A DNA stretch of 64,000 bases from Paraspadella gotoi (taxonomy: Eukaryota; Animalia; Chaetognatha). The position numbers and the translations under genes were made by a program. The notes under the pieces were generated by a model that ran no database searches, was not told where the DNA came from, and saw only the letters and a program-made list of their open reading frames with translations. The number at the start of each line of letters is the position of its first letter. The first letter of the stretch is position 1. Shown one piece after another: positions 62,710 through 64,000 of this stretch. The stretch lies in assembly GCA_051294375.1 (NCBI GenBank), contig CM119267.1, positions 9,263,709-9,327,708 on the forward strand, written 5' to 3'.

Positions 62710-64000
62710 ATGGCAGCAACTCCTCTCTGTGTCCTTCCCCCCACGTCACCCACCAAGAGCTTGCCTTCTCCTGTTCCCAAAATGAACCTCGACACCAACG
62801 TCTCCTCCGCTGCCTCCTTGACCCAAAACTCCGGATCGCTCTCCTGTCTGGACGCGCCATCTTCGCCGGGTCGCGATTTCGCCTCGCCCCACCCAATGAA
62901 TCTGGACACTCCCCACCTCTTTCTTACTTGCGGCATTTGCCGCGAATATTTTAAGGACGACCCAAAGCTTCTTTCGTGCCTCCACTCGTTCTGCGAGTCT
63001 TGCCTCCAATCTACGATGCTCGAGGGATCCCTGTCGCTGTCGTGCGCAACCTGTAAGGTTCAGTCCATTATACCGCCATCGGGCATTTCCGGTTTGCAGA
63101 CAAATTTTTACGCCGTTGATCTTCGGCGCATCCTCGACGAGGCCCGTCATTGCGCCGGGTGCGTCGTGGGCAGCGCTACTCCCGCATCTTACCGTTGCAC
63201 GGAATGCGGCCAGTCGCTTTGCAGCACCTGCTCTAAAACACATGCCTTGAAAGTTTCTGAGAATCAAGAGACTGGAGAATCGAAATCTCACAACGCCGTT
63301 GCTATTTGCAAATTGGCTATCGAGGAAGTCGTATCCAAGTTGGATGAAGAAACCGCGGTTTTTGCGACAAACTCAGATGCTCCGAGCGACATAGAAGACC
63401 CTCGGACGAATCGTCTCAAATGCCCGAGTCATAACTACGAAGAACTTTCCCTTTATTGCTCGACTTGCGAAACAGGAATATGTAGCGTGTGCGCTGACCG
63501 AGTGCACTTTGAACATGCGACAGAGACGATGAGTGACGCAATTGAGAAAGAGCGGGCAATGATGCGCGAAATGGCGAAGGCGGTGGACGCTCAGGTACCC
63601 CTCATCCGTGACACTATTGATCAAGTGAACCAGATGAAGAGTTCCCTCGCCGCCAATCTCTCCGAAGCCGAGAATAAGATTGAAGAAGCCTTCGACTCTG
63701 TTGTAAAATCCCTCAAAGAGAGACGCGACAAACTGCTGCGCGAAGCCACCGAAGCCCACGAGGCAAAGGAAAAAGTGCTTAAAGCTCAACGCGACGCTTT
63801 AGAAGCTAAATTGGCTCGCATGCTGAGTTGCTGCGAACTGACGATGTTCACACTTGAGAACGGATCCGACGCGGAAATTCTGTTGCTCCACAAACAGCTT
63901 GCCGATACCATGGACGAGTTGGCCTCTTTGGACGTCAATTTCACGCCAGAAGAGAATTACTTTCTCGGTTTTTCCCCAGGAGATTTGCCAAAGATGCGCC
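62710..64000 (+). CDS. TRIM protein (RING, B-boxes, coiled coil); 3' end outside window
   Basis: Open frame from ATG 62710: CGICREYFKDDPKLLSCLHSFCESC, CAGC...CTECGQSLCSTCSKTH, CPSH...CSTCETGICSVC, coiled coil. Confidence 0.9.
   Translation, partial: MAATPLCVLPPTSPTKSLPSPVPKMNLDTNVSSAASLTQNSGSLSCLDAPSSPGRDFASPHPMNLDTPHLFLTCGICREYFKDDPKLLSCLHSFCESCLQSTMLEGSLSLSCATCKVQSIIPPSGISGLQTNFYAVDLRRILDEARHCAGCVVGSATPASYRCTECGQSLCSTCSKTHALKVSENQETGESKSHNAVAICKLAIEEVVSKLDEETAVFATNSDAPSDIEDPRTNRLKCPSHNYEELSLYCSTCETGICSVCADRVHFEHATETMSDAIEKERAMMREMAKAVDAQVPLIRDTIDQVNQMKSSLAANLSEAENKIEEAFDSVVKSLKERRDKLLREATEAHEAKEKVLKAQRDALEAKLARMLSCCELTMFTLENGSDAEILLLHKQLADTMDELASLDVNFTPEENYFLGFSPGDLPKMR

Noticed and set aside
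62746-63789. Minus-strand ORFs of 181 and 138 aa
   Set aside because: Antisense shadows of the TRIM coding sequence, which the ORF track missed because it runs off the window.

Overview
Gene-dense window from a compact animal genome: it has spliceosomal introns mostly 55-100 bp long, an ALK4/5/7-type TGF-beta receptor, C2H2 and TRIM genes; the species cannot be named from the sequence. I can build 32 protein-coding gene models and all 32 lie on the + strand, usually 44-340 bp from stop codon to next start, which points to very large polycistronic operons, probably resolved by SL trans-splicing. One pair overlaps at ATGA and looks like a bicistronic mRNA. Three diverged TRMT61-like paralogs and a PUS3 paralog lacking its catalytic Asp carry mitochondrial-like N-termini. 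Introns and the 11.2-16.7 kb gap hold a decayed Penelope-like element, a minimal hammerhead-like motif, a foldback MITE and a Helentron-like repeat. They also hold a set of ~235-bp TG...CA-bounded structured elements, including a miniature LTR element (LTR-PBS-internal-PPT-LTR) whose LTRs carry a tRNA-derived head. Gene identities rest on motifs recognised by eye, exon boundaries were inferred by hand, and no database search was run.
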